The notes under the pieces were generated by a model, which was not told the origin of the DNA, searched no databases, and worked only from the letters and a program-made list of their open reading frames with translations. Both the position numbers and the translations under genes were made by a program. From positions 3,668 through 67,667 of the forward strand of contig CACANC010000001.1 of assembly GCA_902533755.1 (NCBI GenBank): DNA of 64,000 bases, read 5' to 3'. Shown here piece by piece: positions 20,739 through 33,560 of the stretch; position 1 is the stretch's first letter, and each line of letters opens with the position of its first letter. The DNA is from an uncultured PS1 clade bacterium. Lineage in GTDB: Bacteria; Pseudomonadota; Alphaproteobacteria; MED-G09.

Positions 20739-21990
20739 TAATTATAGCCTCTTTATAAACATCAACAAGCTCTCTTGCGGCTCTTTCCCATGTGAATTTA
20801 TCTAAAACTCTTTCTCTACCCATTTTTCCATATACTAATCTCTTTTCTTCATCATCAAGTAATTCTTTGATACCCTGATATAGAGAAAGGGGGTCCGAAT
20901 GATTTACAATTATTCCTGCATCGCCAACAACCTCAGGTAAAGACCCTCCATTAGTTGAAACTAAAGGTATTCCACAAGACATGGCTTCTCCTGCGGGAAA
21001 GCCAAAACCTTCATAAACGGAAGGTGAAACAGCTATTGTTGACTCTGCATAAAGTTGAGCAATTTCTTCACTTGTTAAATCGCTTACAAACTTTACTTTT
21101 TCTCTAATTCCTTTTTTGTCTAGCTCTTTTGATGTTGGGCCTTCTCTTAATTTTCCTATAACAACAAGTTGAAGTTCAGGAAAATCTTTTAATAGTAAAT
21201 CGTACGCACGAATTAAATATATTAATCCTTTCAAAGGAACATCAGCGCTTGCAGTGGTAATTAATTGATTGGGTTTCCTTTTGATTTTTTCGATAGGACA
21301 GAATGTAAGATGGTCAATTCCATGAAGAACCTTCCTTGTTTTGTTAATGTCAATTTTAAAATCTCTTGCTAGATCTTTTCTTGTATTTTCTGAAACTACA
21401 ATAATCGGGTCTAATTTTCTTGCGACCTTCATTTGCATATTTAAAAAGCTATACCATCTCCACTTTAGAATTTTTAATGATATTGTTTCAGCATGTTTTA
21501 TATCTATCTTTTTATCCATTGTAATAGGGTGATGAATCGTACCAACAACCGGTACACCCATTTTTTTTAGTTTTAAAAGACCATAAGCTAATGTTTGATT
21601 GTCATGGACAACATCAAAATTAGAGTAATTTAATTTTGCCCATTCTGCCATTCTTTCTCCAAATGTATATGGTTCAGAAAAACCACCAGTTAAGTGGCTA
21701 ACCCATTCGTGAAGGTCAATTTTATTTTTAAATAATCTTAAATTAAATGCTTTTATTGGATTGTCATAGGAATAGAGATCAAGTGAAGGAAGTTTAGTAA
21801 GTTTTACACCTTCATCCAAGATTGGGTAAGGTTGACCAGATACAACTTCTACTTTATGGCCAAGATCTCTCATTGCTTTTGTAACAAGCCTCATATAGAT
21901 ACCTTGTCCTCCAGTATAGGGGTGGCTTCTATAGCTGGGCATAAGTATGCTTAAAGGTCTATCATTCAGCCTATTTATCTTTTCATTCAT
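20725..21990 (-). CDS. Glycosyltransferase family 4 (GT-B, retaining)
   Basis: 421 aa. C-terminal EGFGFPAGEAMSCGIPLVSTNGGSLPEVV matches the GT4 EX7E region. Overlaps the downstream methyltransferase. Confidence 0.75.
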   Translation of the reverse strand: MNEKINRLNDRPLSILMPSYRSHPYTGGQGIYMRLVTKAMRDLGHKVEVVSGQPYPILDEGVKLTKLPSLDLYSYDNPIKAFNLRLFKNKIDLHEWVSHLTGGFSEPYTFGERMAEWAKLNYSNFDVVHDNQTLAYGLLKLKKMGVPVVGTIHHPITMDKKIDIKHAETISLKILKWRWYSFLNMQMKVARKLDPIIVVSENTRKDLARDFKIDINKTRKVLHGIDHLTFCPIEKIKRKPNQLITTASADVPLKGLIYLIRAYDLLLKDFPELQLVVIGKLREGPTSKELDKKGIREKVKFVSDLTSEEIAQLYAESTIAVSPSVYEGFGFPAGEAMSCGIPLVSTNGGSLPEVVGDAGIIVNHSDPLSLYQGIKELLDDEEKRLVYGKMGRERVLDKFTWERAARELVDVYKEAIINANN

Positions 21991-22119
21991 ATTTTATTTC
22001 TTTTATTCTTAAAATTCAGCAGTTCGAGGTTTTTAATTATTAAAATAATCCTTGTAAATAGATAGGTTTTTTCGCTAAAAGGCATAATAAAGAATCAATT
22101 TGTAGAGGTAAAATTATTA

Positions 22120-23724
<1,605 letters not shown>

Positions 23725-23727
23725 AAC

Positions 23728-24909
23728 CTACTTCTTCATACTAAGTTCTCTCATAGCGTTGTCAATACCGTCAAGCGTAAGCGGGAACATTCTTCCAGAT
23801 AAAATTTGATTTATGATTTGTGTTGATGGGGTAAATTCCCAATGTTTTTCTTCAACGGGATTTAACCAAATCACATTAGAATAAATATCACTTATCCTTT
23901 CTAACCACAAACCACCTGGTTCTTCATTCCAATGCTCTACACTACCACCTGAATAAGTGATTTCATATGGACTCATTGACGCATCACCAACAAAGATGAT
24001 TTTATAATCTGATGAATATTTATGAAGAATATCCCATGTATTTAATCTTTCTGCATGCCTTCTTCTGTTATCCTTCCAAACATACTCATATAGACAATTA
24101 TGGAAGTAGAAGTTTTCCATATTTTTAAATTCAGTTCTTGCAGCAGAAAATAGTTCCTCACATAATTTAACATGAGGATCCATAGATCCGCCAATATCAA
24201 AAAATAAAAGAACTTTTACTTTATTTCTTCTTTCTGGAACTAGAGATATATCGAGATATCCTTTATCCGCTGTATTTTTTATTGTTCCAGGTAGATCTAA
24301 GGTATCTGCAGCACCTTCTCTTGCAAATTTCCGTAAACGTCTTAGTGCAAGTTTAATGTTTCTAATTCCTATTTCTATATCATCATCAAGATTTTTAAAT
24401 TCTCTTTTATCCCAAACTTTGACCGCCTTGAAATTTCTATTATTTTTTTGTCCTATTCTAACGCCCTCAGGATTGTACCCTTCAGCACCATATGGAGAAG
24501 TTCCCGCTGTACCAATCCATTTAGATCCACCTTCATGTCTTTTTTCTTGCTCTTCTAAACGTTTTTTTAATTCTTCCATAAGCTTTTCCCATCCGCCCAT
24601 GGATTCGATTTGTTTTTTTTCTTCTTCAGTAAGGTATTTTTCATTAAGAAGCTGCAGCCATTCTTCTGGAATTTCTGCAGTCTCTAATTCTTCAATGTTC
24701 TCTAATCCCTTAAATACATTACCAAAGACTCTGTCAAATTTATCTAAGTTCTTTTCATCCTTAACCAAAGTAGATCTTGATAAATAATAAAAGTCTTCAA
24801 CCTTTCTTTGGGGAATATCGGCACTTAAGGCTTCAATAAGAGTTAGGTATTCTCTTAATGTGACTGGAATATTGGCTTGTTTGAGTTCTTGAAAAAAATT
24901 AATAAACAT
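23728..24909 (-). CDS. VWA-domain protein (CoxE/NorD-like partner of MoxR ATPase)
   Basis: 393 aa. C-terminal von Willebrand A-like region (LLFFDIGGSMD metal-ion-dependent adhesion site (MIDAS)-like motif). Adjacent to and co-oriented with the MoxR ATPase. Confidence 0.7.
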   Translation of the reverse strand: MFINFFQELKQANIPVTLREYLTLIEALSADIPQRKVEDFYYLSRSTLVKDEKNLDKFDRVFGNVFKGLENIEELETAEIPEEWLQLLNEKYLTEEEKKQIESMGGWEKLMEELKKRLEEQEKRHEGGSKWIGTAGTSPYGAEGYNPEGVRIGQKNNRNFKAVKVWDKREFKNLDDDIEIGIRNIKLALRRLRKFAREGAADTLDLPGTIKNTADKGYLDISLVPERRNKVKVLLFFDIGGSMDPHVKLCEELFSAARTEFKNMENFYFHNCLYEYVWKDNRRRHAERLNTWDILHKYSSDYKIIFVGDASMSPYEITYSGGSVEHWNEEPGGLWLERISDIYSNVIWLNPVEEKHWEFTPSTQIINQILSGRMFPLTLDGIDNAMRELSMKK

Positions 24910-24911
24910 CT

Positions 24912-25763
24912 TTAATTTTGGTTATCTTCTCTTCTAGCTAAGAAAGCCAATCTCTCGAATAAGTGAACATCTTGTTCATTTTTAAGAAGTGCACCATGTA
25001 AAGGTGGAATTATATTATTAGAGTTCTTTTCTCTTAACATTTCAGGGGTTATATCTTCATTCATAAGCAACTTTAGCCAATCTAACAACTCAGATGTAGA
25101 TGGTTTTTTCTTAAGACCAGGTATTTCCCTTAACTCATAAAAAACTTTCAAAGATTCAGAGACCAATTTTGATTTGATATCTGGATAATGAACATCAACA
25201 ATCTTTTGCATTGTATCATTATCAGGAAAACTTATGTAGTGAAAGAAGCATCTTCTTAGGAAAGCATCTGGTAATTCTTTTTCATTATTAGAAGTGATTA
25301 TAACAACAGGTCTTTTTTCAGCTGCGATTGTTTCCCCTGTTTCGTAAACATAGAATTCCATTCTATCTAATTCTTGAAGTAAATCATTAGGAAACTCGAT
25401 ATCAGCTTTATCAATTTCATCAATTAAAAGGATAGGGCGTTTCTCAGACTCAAAGGCTTCCCATAGTTTTCCTTTTTTTATGTAATTCTTAACATCTTTA
25501 ACTTTTTCATCTCCAAGTTGTGAATCCCTTAGCCTTGTTATAGCATCATACTCATACAGACCTTGTTGAGCTTTTGTTGTCGACTTTATATGCCATGTTA
25601 AAATTGGCATATCTAGAGCTCTTGCTATTTCTTCAGCAAGAACAGTTTTACCTGTTCCGGGCTCACCTTTTACAAGTAAAGGTCTCTCAAGACTTATTGA
25701 AGCATTTACTGCAATTCTTAAATCCTCAGTAGCAATGTAATCTTTAGTTCCCTCAAATTTCAT
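24912..25763 (-). CDS. MoxR-family AAA+ ATPase (CoxD/NorQ/CbbQ-like)
   Basis: 283 aa. Walker A GEPGTGKT, Walker B LLIDEIDKA, and the short MoxR architecture. Confidence 0.8.
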   Translation of the reverse strand: MKFEGTKDYIATEDLRIAVNASISLERPLLVKGEPGTGKTVLAEEIARALDMPILTWHIKSTTKAQQGLYEYDAITRLRDSQLGDEKVKDVKNYIKKGKLWEAFESEKRPILLIDEIDKADIEFPNDLLQELDRMEFYVYETGETIAAEKRPVVIITSNNEKELPDAFLRRCFFHYISFPDNDTMQKIVDVHYPDIKSKLVSESLKVFYELREIPGLKKKPSTSELLDWLKLLMNEDITPEMLREKNSNNIIPPLHGALLKNEQDVHLFERLAFLARREDNQN

Positions 25764-25904
25764 GATTCACCTATTTATAATTTTTAAAATATCACACAAC
25801 TTACTTACCAAAGTCATTAATTTCAACAAAGTTTATTTTTATTTATAAAACTATTGCGATTTTATTATTTATCATTTAAATACCGCGTTCAGATTGAGAA
25901 AAAA

Positions 25905-26321
25905 ATGGCTACTCGTTTACCAAAAAATTATTCACCTTCAGATAAAGAACCTTTTATGAATGCTAAACAAAAGGAGTTTTTTAGAAGGAAACTTAATGAT
26001 TGGCGTGATGAAATTATAAGTGAAACAAAAGAAACTTTGAATAATCTTCAATATGAATCTTCGAATTTTGCCGATCTTGCTGATAGAGCATCTTCTGAAA
26101 CTGACAGATCTCTTGAGTTAAGGTCTAGAGATAGGCAAAGAAAACTTATTGCAAAAATTGATGAAGCTTTGTCACGCATTGATGACGGTTCATATGGTTA
26201 CTGTGAAGAAACCGGAGAAGAAATAAGCTTAAAAAGATTAATTGCTAGACCTATTGCCACTTTATCTATAGATGCCCAAGAATCTCACGAGCGTAAAGAA
26301 AAAATATATAGAGATGATTAA
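25905..26321 (+). CDS. dksA: RNA-polymerase-binding transcription factor DksA
   Basis: Coiled-coil tip motif FADLADRAS (Asp-Asp tip). DksA-like C-terminus with an incomplete Zn finger. Start placed at MATRLPK. Confidence 0.75.
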   Translation: MATRLPKNYSPSDKEPFMNAKQKEFFRRKLNDWRDEIISETKETLNNLQYESSNFADLADRASSETDRSLELRSRDRQRKLIAKIDEALSRIDDGSYGYCEETGEEISLKRLIARPIATLSIDAQESHERKEKIYRDD

Positions 26322-26371
26322 TATTTAATTATCGATTCGTTTATTTTCCTCAATAATTTTCATCCAACTTA

Positions 26372-26452
26372 GATCATAACAAGAACAATATTAAAAAAAG
26401 TTATTTTTTTCAGTAACTTATTTTTATTGCAAAAAAGGAACAAAAGTAGTAC
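26372..26452 (+). promoter_or_regulatory. Two imperfect alphaproteobacterial-type LexA boxes (GATC-N7-GAAC, GAAC-N7-GTAC) upstream of recA
   Basis: The direct-repeat GAAC-N7-GAAC/GTTC-N7-GTTC consensus is known for alphaproteobacterial SOS boxes. Both sites here have one mismatch. Confidence 0.25.
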
Positions 26453-26490
26453 AAATAACTAGTTGACCAGTTAAGGAATGGAGTAGAAGA

Positions 26491-27591
26491 ATGAAGAAAT
26501 CATTGAAAGTTGTTGAAGACAAAAATATGGATAAATCAAAATCACTAGATGCAGCATTAAGTCAAATTGAAAAGCAATTTGGAAAGGGCTCAATTATGAA
26601 ATTAGGCTCTGATGGCGCTATTGCTGAAATTTCCTCAATACCAAGTGGTTCGCTCGGTTTAGATATTGGCTTAGGGATAGGAGGCTTTCCTAAAGGTAGG
26701 GTAATTGAAATTTATGGACCAGAAAGCTCTGGAAAAACAACCTTAGCACTCCATGCTTTGGCCGAAGCACAAAAGCAAGGTGGAGTTTGTGGATTTATTG
26801 ACGCAGAGCATGCGTTAGATCCTGTGTATGCAAGAAATTTAGGTGTTAATATTGAAGAACTATTAATCTCTCAGCCAGATCATGGAGAGCAGGCATTAGA
26901 GATAGCTGATACACTAGTGAGGTCGGCAGCTGTTGATGTCATTGTTATCGATTCAGTTGCGGCTTTGACACCAAAAGCAGAATTAGATGGAGATATGGGT
27001 GATAGTTTACCCGGTCTTCAAGCAAGATTAATGAGTCAAGCTTTAAGAAAGCTTACAGGATCAATATCAAAATCTAATTGTATGATAATTTTTATTAATC
27101 AAATTAGGATGAAGATTGGTGTTATGTTCGGGAGCCCTGAAACAACAACAGGCGGTAATGCATTGAAATTTTACTCATCAGTTAGAGTGGATATTAGAAG
27201 GATAGGTGCAATCAAAGAAAGAGAGCAGATAATAGGCAATCAAACAAGAGTTAAAATTGTTAAGAATAAAGTCGCACCACCTTTTAAAATAATTGAATTT
27301 GATATCATGTATGGAAAAGGAATTTCCAAAAAAGGTGAGATTATTGATTTAGGTGTTGAAGCAGGAATTGTTGAAAAATCTGGTACTTGGTATTCGTATG
27401 AAGGTGAGCGTATGGGGCAGGGTCGTGAAAATGCAAAAGTATTTCTTGAAGAAAACCCAGACATATCGAATCAAATTGAATTAGCAATACGTGAAAGTGC
27501 CGGACTTGTAAAAGATACAGAAAAAACATCTGATGTTTCTAATGTCTCTGAATCAGAGGAAAATGAAACAGAATCTGTAGCTTCAAAGTAA
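26491..27591 (+). CDS. recA: Recombinase RecA
   Basis: 366 aa. Walker [10 protein letters not shown] and canonical RecA core sequence. Confidence 0.95.
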   Translation: MKKSLKVVEDKNMDKSKSLDAALSQIEKQFGKGSIMKLGSDGAIAEISSIPSGSLGLDIGLGIGGFPKGRVIEIYGPESSGKTTLALHALAEAQKQGGVCGFIDAEHALDPVYARNLGVNIEELLISQPDHGEQALEIADTLVRSAAVDVIVIDSVAALTPKAELDGDMGDSLPGLQARLMSQALRKLTGSISKSNCMIIFINQIRMKIGVMFGSPETTTGGNALKFYSSVRVDIRRIGAIKEREQIIGNQTRVKIVKNKVAPPFKIIEFDIMYGKGISKKGEIIDLGVEAGIVEKSGTWYSYEGERMGQGRENAKVFLEENPDISNQIELAIRESAGLVKDTEKTSDVSNVSESEENETESVASK

Positions 27592-27632
27592 ATTTACATA
27601 ATCATTGTGCCAATTCCTGAATTTCTGTTATT

Positions 27633-30209
27633 TTGGCAGCAATGAAAAGTACTGCTCACATAAGAAAAACATTTCTTAATTATTTTGAAAAAAATGATCA
27701 CAAAGTTGTTCATTCTAGCCCTCTAGTGCCAATCAATGATCCAACATTAATGTTTGTTAATGCAGGGATGGTGCCATTTAAGAATTATTTTGAAGGTAAA
27801 GAAGAACCTGATTTTTTCAAAGCTACAAGTTCTCAAAAATGTGTAAGAGCGGGCGGTAAGCATAATGATCTTGATAATGTAGGTCATACCACTAGACATT
27901 TAACTTTTTTTGAAATGTTAGGAAACTTTTCTTTTGGCGAATATTTTAAAGAAGAGGCAATAAAACTAGCCTGGGATTTATTAGTGAATGAGTTTGAAAT
28001 TCCATCTAATAGATTAATCCTAACTGTATTTAAAGAAGATACTGAGGCTGAAGAAATATGGAAAAAAGTCTCAGGATTTTCTGATAATAAAATTATTAAG
28101 ATTTCAACTGATGATAATTTTTGGTCAATGGGTGACGAAGGTCCTTGTGGGCCGTGTTCAGAAATCTTTTTTGACCATGGAGACTCTGTTGATGGTGGTC
28201 CCCCAGGTTCAAAAAAAGAAAATGGAGATAGATTTGTTGAAATATGGAATCTTGTTTTTATGCAGTATTTACAACTTTCAAATAAAAATAGAGAACCTCT
28301 ACCAAAGCCGTCAATTGATACTGGAATGGGCCTAGAGAGAATATCAACAGTTCTACAAGGTAAAACAAGTAATTTTGATACAGATCTATTCATTGCAATT
28401 ATAAATCACATTGAAGAAATAATTAAAGTTAATAAGACGGACGAAAATATTGCTAGTTTTAGAGTAATAGCGGATCATTTAAGATCTATAGCTTTTTTAA
28501 TTTCTGATGGAGTATTGCCTTCAAATGAAGGGAGAGGGTATGTTTTAAGAAGGATTATGCGAAGAGCTATGCGGCATTCATATTTGTTAAACATAAAGGA
28601 ACCTGTTCTCTATAATCTTATTCAGAAAATAGTCACACTAATGAGTGATGCTTATCCAGAATTATTACGAGCTGAAAAATTAATTGAGGTTACAGTATTT
28701 GAAGAGGAAGAAAGATTTATATCTACTTTATCTAAAGGGATAAAAATATTTAATGATGAATCAAAATTATTAAAGCCTGGAGATGTTTTTAGTGGATCAA
28801 CCGCATTTAAACTTTATGATACTTATGGTTTTCCGCTAGATCTAACTGAAGATTTAATCAGAGATAAAAATTTTAAACTTGATAAAGAAACCTTTGATTC
28901 AAAGATGAGAAAACAAAAAGAAGAAGCCAAAAAATCATGGCTTGGATCTGGAGAAAGTAAAACAGATGAAATATGGTTTGAAGTAGCGAACAAATGTGAA
29001 GCTACAGAATTTTTAGGTTATCAAAACAATAAATCAGCTGCTGAAATTTCTAAAATAATATACAAAAATAAAATATCTAATAAAATTAAGAATGGTGATG
29101 AGGCTATTTTAGTCTTTAATCAATCACCATTTTATGCAGAAAGTGGAGGACAAATGGGTGATGTCGGAGTTGCGAAGAATGATGGTTTTATTTTTAGAAT
29201 CTCTGACACACAAAAAAAAATAAATAATATTCATGCACATTATGGTGTAGTTGAAAAAGGATCTGTATCTGTAGGAGATACGGTTAATTTACAAATAGAA
29301 AATGATCATAGACGAATGATTATGTGTAATCACTCAGCCACCCATCTATTGCATGAAGCCCTTAGAAGAGTTTTGGGCGATCATGTAACGCAGAAGGGTT
29401 CTCAAGTATCGGCTGAAAAACTTCGATTTGATTTTAGTCATCAAAAATCTTTAGATTCCAATGAAATTACTAGGATTGAAGAAACTATAAATAATCTTAT
29501 AAAGGATGACTCAGAAGTAATGGTAGAAATTTTAACTTATGAAAAAGCTGTTGAGTCTGGGGCTTTAGCGTTATTTGGAGAAAAATATTCTAGTGAGGTT
29601 AGAGTGCTGACAATGGGACATGACTCATTTTCAAAAGAATTATGTGGTGGAACTCATGTAAAAAGTTTAGGTGAGATTGAAAATTTTAAAATAATATCTC
29701 AAAGTTCTGTTGCATCTGGCATTAGAAGAGTCGAAGCTGTAACAGGATTGATTGCTTTAAATTCTTTATCTTTAATTGATAAAATAAATGAAAAAGAGAG
29801 AGAACAAGAAGAAAAAAAACAAACTAAGACAAAAGAAAAAAGGATTTCAAAAGATATTCTTAATGGAAGGATTGAGGAATTTAATAAATCAAAATTTTTC
29901 TTTGATCAAATAAGTGGAGTAGATGCTAGAAACCTTAGACATCTAGTTGATGAATGCAAAAAAGACATAGGAACAGGCATTGTTTGTTTAATTTCAACTA
30001 ATGAAGGTAAATCGTCAATTGCCATTGGTGTTACTGATGATATTTTAGATGATTATGATGCAGTTGAACTAGTTAAAATTAGTTCTGAGATTATGGGCGG
30101 TAAAGGTGGCGGAGGTCGAAAAGATATGGCATTAGCCGGGGCTAAAGATACCTCAAAGTCTGATCTTGTATATGAACAATTAATAAAAAAACTTAAAGAA
30201 AATATTTAA
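27633..30209 (+). CDS. alaS: Alanine-tRNA ligase
   Basis: 858 aa. Class II aaRS N-terminal region (FTNAGM-like [11 protein letters not shown]), editing domain HxxxH/CxxxH (HSATHLLH ... CGGTH), and C-terminal DHHA1 domain. Confidence 0.93.
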   Translation: MAAMKSTAHIRKTFLNYFEKNDHKVVHSSPLVPINDPTLMFVNAGMVPFKNYFEGKEEPDFFKATSSQKCVRAGGKHNDLDNVGHTTRHLTFFEMLGNFSFGEYFKEEAIKLAWDLLVNEFEIPSNRLILTVFKEDTEAEEIWKKVSGFSDNKIIKISTDDNFWSMGDEGPCGPCSEIFFDHGDSVDGGPPGSKKENGDRFVEIWNLVFMQYLQLSNKNREPLPKPSIDTGMGLERISTVLQGKTSNFDTDLFIAIINHIEEIIKVNKTDENIASFRVIADHLRSIAFLISDGVLPSNEGRGYVLRRIMRRAMRHSYLLNIKEPVLYNLIQKIVTLMSDAYPELLRAEKLIEVTVFEEEERFISTLSKGIKIFNDESKLLKPGDVFSGSTAFKLYDTYGFPLDLTEDLIRDKNFKLDKETFDSKMRKQKEEAKKSWLGSGESKTDEIWFEVANKCEATEFLGYQNNKSAAEISKIIYKNKISNKIKNGDEAILVFNQSPFYAESGGQMGDVGVAKNDGFIFRISDTQKKINNIHAHYGVVEKGSVSVGDTVNLQIENDHRRMIMCNHSATHLLHEALRRVLGDHVTQKGSQVSAEKLRFDFSHQKSLDSNEITRIEETINNLIKDDSEVMVEILTYEKAVESGALALFGEKYSSEVRVLTMGHDSFSKELCGGTHVKSLGEIENFKIISQSSVASGIRRVEAVTGLIALNSLSLIDKINEKEREQEEKKQTKTKEKRISKDILNGRIEEFNKSKFFFDQISGVDARNLRHLVDECKKDIGTGIVCLISTNEGKSSIAIGVTDDILDDYDAVELVKISSEIMGGKGGGGRKDMALAGAKDTSKSDLVYEQLIKKLKENI

Positions 30210-31420
30210 GACATTTCAGATTGAAGGTTGGAGTCGATTTTATCAATAAAATCATGAGTATTTAACCATGATTGATTGGAGCCAACAAGTAAAGCCAGAT
30301 CTTTTGTCATAAATCCTTTTTCTACAGTTTTAATGCAAACTTTTTCAAGAAGATTAGAAAATGATTGTAATTCTTCACTGTCATCTAATTTCGCTCTATG
30401 AGCTAAACCCCTTGTCCAAGCAAAAATTGATGCAATTGAATTTGTAGAGGTTTCTTCACCTTTCTGATGTAAACGATAATGTCGAGTAACTGTTCCATGA
30501 GCAGCTTCGGCTTCTACAGTTTTACCATCTGGCGTCATAAGAGCGCTTGACATGAGGCCTAGTGAACCAAAGCCTTGCGCAACAGTATCAGACTGAACAT
30601 CACCATCATAATTTTTGCAAGCCCAAATAAACGCTCCAGACCATTTTAGAGCACATGCAACCATGTCATCAATAAGCCTATGTTCATATTCAATATTTAA
30701 TGCGTCCATTTTTTCTTTATATTCTTTTTCATATACTTCCTGAAAGAGATCTTTAAATCTACCATCATATTTCTTTAAAATTGTATTCTTTGTAGATAGA
30801 TAAACTGGCCATTTTCGATTTATGCCATAATTAAAGCAAGCTCTTGCAAAATCCTTAATAGATTTATCATGATTATACATTCCCATAGCAATACCACTTT
30901 CTTCAAAGTCATATACATCTTCTTCAATTTCTTGCGAACCATCTTCAGAGACCCATTTCATTGATAGTTTTCCTTTACCAGGAACTACAAAATCTGTAGC
31001 TCTATATTGATCACCAAAGGCATGTCTTCCAATTACAATTGGTTGTGTCCAACCTGGAACAAGTCTTGGAATATTAGAGCATATAATTGGCTCTCTAAAA
31101 ACTGTACCGCCAAGAATATTTCTTATAGTTCCGTTAGGAGATTTCCACATTTCTTTAAGATTGAATTCTTTTACTCTGTCTTCATCAGGAGTTATAGTAG
31201 CGCACTTTACTCCTACACCATGTTTTTGTATTGCTTCTGCAGCATCTATAGTAACTTGATCGTTTGTTTGATCTCGGTATTCAACACCTAAGTCATAATA
31301 ATGCAAATCGATATCTAAATATGGAAGAATAAGTTTCTTTTTAATAAGATCCCAAATAATTCTTGTCATCTCATCGCCGTCTAATTCAACAACCGGATTT
31401 TTTACTTTGATTTTAGTCAT
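30206..31420 (-). CDS. icd: NADP-dependent isocitrate dehydrogenase (eukaryote-like type, ~400 aa)
   Basis: 404 aa. MTKIKV...[16 protein letters not shown]-terminus is typical of IDH1/IDH2-like bacterial enzymes. Confidence 0.88.
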   Translation of the reverse strand: MTKIKVKNPVVELDGDEMTRIIWDLIKKKLILPYLDIDLHYYDLGVEYRDQTNDQVTIDAAEAIQKHGVGVKCATITPDEDRVKEFNLKEMWKSPNGTIRNILGGTVFREPIICSNIPRLVPGWTQPIVIGRHAFGDQYRATDFVVPGKGKLSMKWVSEDGSQEIEEDVYDFEESGIAMGMYNHDKSIKDFARACFNYGINRKWPVYLSTKNTILKKYDGRFKDLFQEVYEKEYKEKMDALNIEYEHRLIDDMVACALKWSGAFIWACKNYDGDVQSDTVAQGFGSLGLMSSALMTPDGKTVEAEAAHGTVTRHYRLHQKGEETSTNSIASIFAWTRGLAHRAKLDDSEELQSFSNLLEKVCIKTVEKGFMTKDLALLVGSNQSWLNTHDFIDKIDSNLQSEMS

Positions 31421-31511
31421 TTAATACCAATTTTATTCTCTCATGTATTGAATATCATATAGCGCATATATTTCAACAATATGTTAGGTATATATAAGGA
31501 TAAATGAATAA

Positions 31512-32327
31512 ATGCAAAAAATTGATAAAAATAATATAAAAATTATCTTAGTAGAGCCTCAACTTTCAGAAAATATAGGAACAGCAGCCCGTGCAATGCT
31601 TAATTTTGGATTAGAATCTTTATATATTGTTTCTCCCAAACAAAATCACTTATCATTAAAAGCAATTAGAGCATCCGCTGGAGCAAACACTGTCCTAGAA
31701 AATGCAACAATATATAATAGTGTTGAAGATGCTATCTCAAATACCTCTTATGTGTTTGCTTGCACTGTTAGAAAAAGAGATATGGTTAAACCATATTGTG
31801 GTCCATTAGAATTAAACAATTTATTCAATACTTTAAAAAGAAAAACTAATATTGGTATTATGTTTGGAAGAGAAAAATCAGGCTTAACAAATGAACAGGT
31901 CTCTTATGCCGATATGATTTTACAAATACCAACTAATCCAAAATTTTCATCATTAAATTTAGCCCAAGCCGTAGCAATTATAGCTTCAGAAATAAATAGA
32001 ATTGATAATAAATATGATGAAAGGAATTATTTTAAAAGTAATTCAGTTGCAGCTAAAAAAGAAGAGATTATAGGATTTTTCAATCATCTAGAGCGCGCGC
32101 TTGATGTATCTGGGTTCTTAAGGTCTGAAGAAAAAAAGGAAACCATGATGATAAATATAAGAAATATTTTTACAAGATCTAAGCTTAATAAACAGGATGT
32201 TCAAACATTAAGAGGAATTATAACATCTCTTTTAAGATGGCCAACAGGTCATAAAGATAGAAATATTATAAGAGAAACCAACAAAATTGCTGACGGGAAC
32301 AATAAAAACAAACAACAAAGAAATTGA
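31512..32327 (+). CDS. SpoU/TrmH-family RNA 2'-O-methyltransferase (TrmJ-like)
   Basis: 271 aa. SPOUT motifs (IILVEPQLSENIGTAARAM, IMFGREKSGLTNE). Confidence 0.7.
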   Translation: MQKIDKNNIKIILVEPQLSENIGTAARAMLNFGLESLYIVSPKQNHLSLKAIRASAGANTVLENATIYNSVEDAISNTSYVFACTVRKRDMVKPYCGPLELNNLFNTLKRKTNIGIMFGREKSGLTNEQVSYADMILQIPTNPKFSSLNLAQAVAIIASEINRIDNKYDERNYFKSNSVAAKKEEIIGFFNHLERALDVSGFLRSEEKKETMMINIRNIFTRSKLNKQDVQTLRGIITSLLRWPTGHKDRNIIRETNKIADGNNKNKQQRN

Positions 32328-32383
32328 CTTATTTGATTAAGAAATGTACTAAGCTCTGAAGCTTTTAAACAAGGTAAATATTA

Positions 32384-33004
32384 ATGACAAAAAGATTAAG
32401 GGCAAAATATAAAATTGATCGTAGAATGGGCGAAAACATTTGGGGAAGACCAAAAAGTCCTGTAAATATTCGTTCTTATGGCCCTGGCCAACATGGTCAA
32501 TTAAGAAAATCAAAGTTATCTGATTTTGGATTACAAATTCGAGCTAAACAAAAATTAAAAGGATATTATGCCAATATGAATGAGAGGCAATTTAAGAATA
32601 TCTTTAAAGAAGCTGTGAGAATAAAAGGAGATACATCTGAAAATATTATTGGCCTTTTAGAAAGTAGGCTAGATGCATTTATCTATAGGGCTAAATTTGT
32701 TCCTACTGTTTTTTCCGCAAGACAGTTTATTAACCATGGTCACATTAAGGTTAATGGTAAAAGAGTAAATATTCCATCCTACAAATTAAAAACTGGCGAT
32801 TTGGTTGAAATAAAAGATAAATCAAAAAGTCTTGATTTAGTTTTAAATGGTCAAGAATCTGCAGAAAGAGATGTGCCAGACTATATTGAGTGTGATCAAA
32901 AAAAGTTAACTGCAAAATTGACCAGAGTTCCTAAACTTGAAGAAGTACCATACCCCGTGCAAATGGAACCAAATTTAGTTGTTGAGTTTTATTCAAGAAA
33001 CTAA
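32384..33004 (+). CDS. rpsD: 30S ribosomal protein S4
   Basis: 206 aa. S4 domain [42 protein letters not shown]. Confidence 0.92.
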   Translation: MTKRLRAKYKIDRRMGENIWGRPKSPVNIRSYGPGQHGQLRKSKLSDFGLQIRAKQKLKGYYANMNERQFKNIFKEAVRIKGDTSENIIGLLESRLDAFIYRAKFVPTVFSARQFINHGHIKVNGKRVNIPSYKLKTGDLVEIKDKSKSLDLVLNGQESAERDVPDYIECDQKKLTAKLTRVPKLEEVPYPVQMEPNLVVEFYSRN

Positions 33005-33324
33005 TTATTAATTATATCTTTAAGTTCTTCTTGGAGCTCACCAGCTTCGAACATTTCTTTGATAATATCGCAGCCCCCAATAAGCTCACCTTTATAATAT
33101 AATTGAGGTATAGTAGGCCAATCGGAAAATTCCTTTATGCCCTCTCTAATGTCTTCATCCTCTAGAACATTGGTAGAAGAAAAGGGTGCTTCAAGGTATG
33201 TCAAGATTTGAACAACAGTACTTGAAAATCCACATTGAGGAAATAGAGGAGTGCCTTTCATAAATAGATGAAGATCATCATTGTTAATCTTATTTTCTAT
33301 AGTTTCTTTTACTTTATTATCCAT
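33001..33324 (-). CDS. grxD: Monothiol glutaredoxin (Grx4 type)
   Basis: 107 aa with CGFS active site (PQCGFS). Confidence 0.9.
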   Translation of the reverse strand: MDNKVKETIENKINNDDLHLFMKGTPLFPQCGFSSTVVQILTYLEAPFSSTNVLEDEDIREGIKEFSDWPTIPQLYYKGELIGGCDIIKEMFEAGELQEELKDIINN

Positions 33325-33326
33325 AT

Positions 33327-33560
33327 CTATTCTTCATTCATTGTTTTAATTGATAGAGCATGGAGTTCACCACCCATTTTTCCATCTAAAGCATCATATA
33401 CCATTTTATGCTGTTTAATCCTAGATAAACCGTTAAATTTGCTTGATTTAATCTCTAATGAAAAATGATCGTCATCTCCCGCTAAATCAACAATATTAAT
33501 TGAAGCTTCAGGAAAAGATTTTTTTATAATTTCTTCTAATTTTTCTTTTTTAATTGCCAT
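33327..33560 (-). CDS. bolA: BolA-family protein
   Basis: 77 aa. BolA-like helix-turn-helix region (DGKMGGELHALSIKT). Adjacent to grxD, a known functional pair. Confidence 0.8.
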   Translation of the reverse strand: MAIKKEKLEEIIKKSFPEASINIVDLAGDDDHFSLEIKSSKFNGLSRIKQHKMVYDALDGKMGGELHALSIKTMNEE

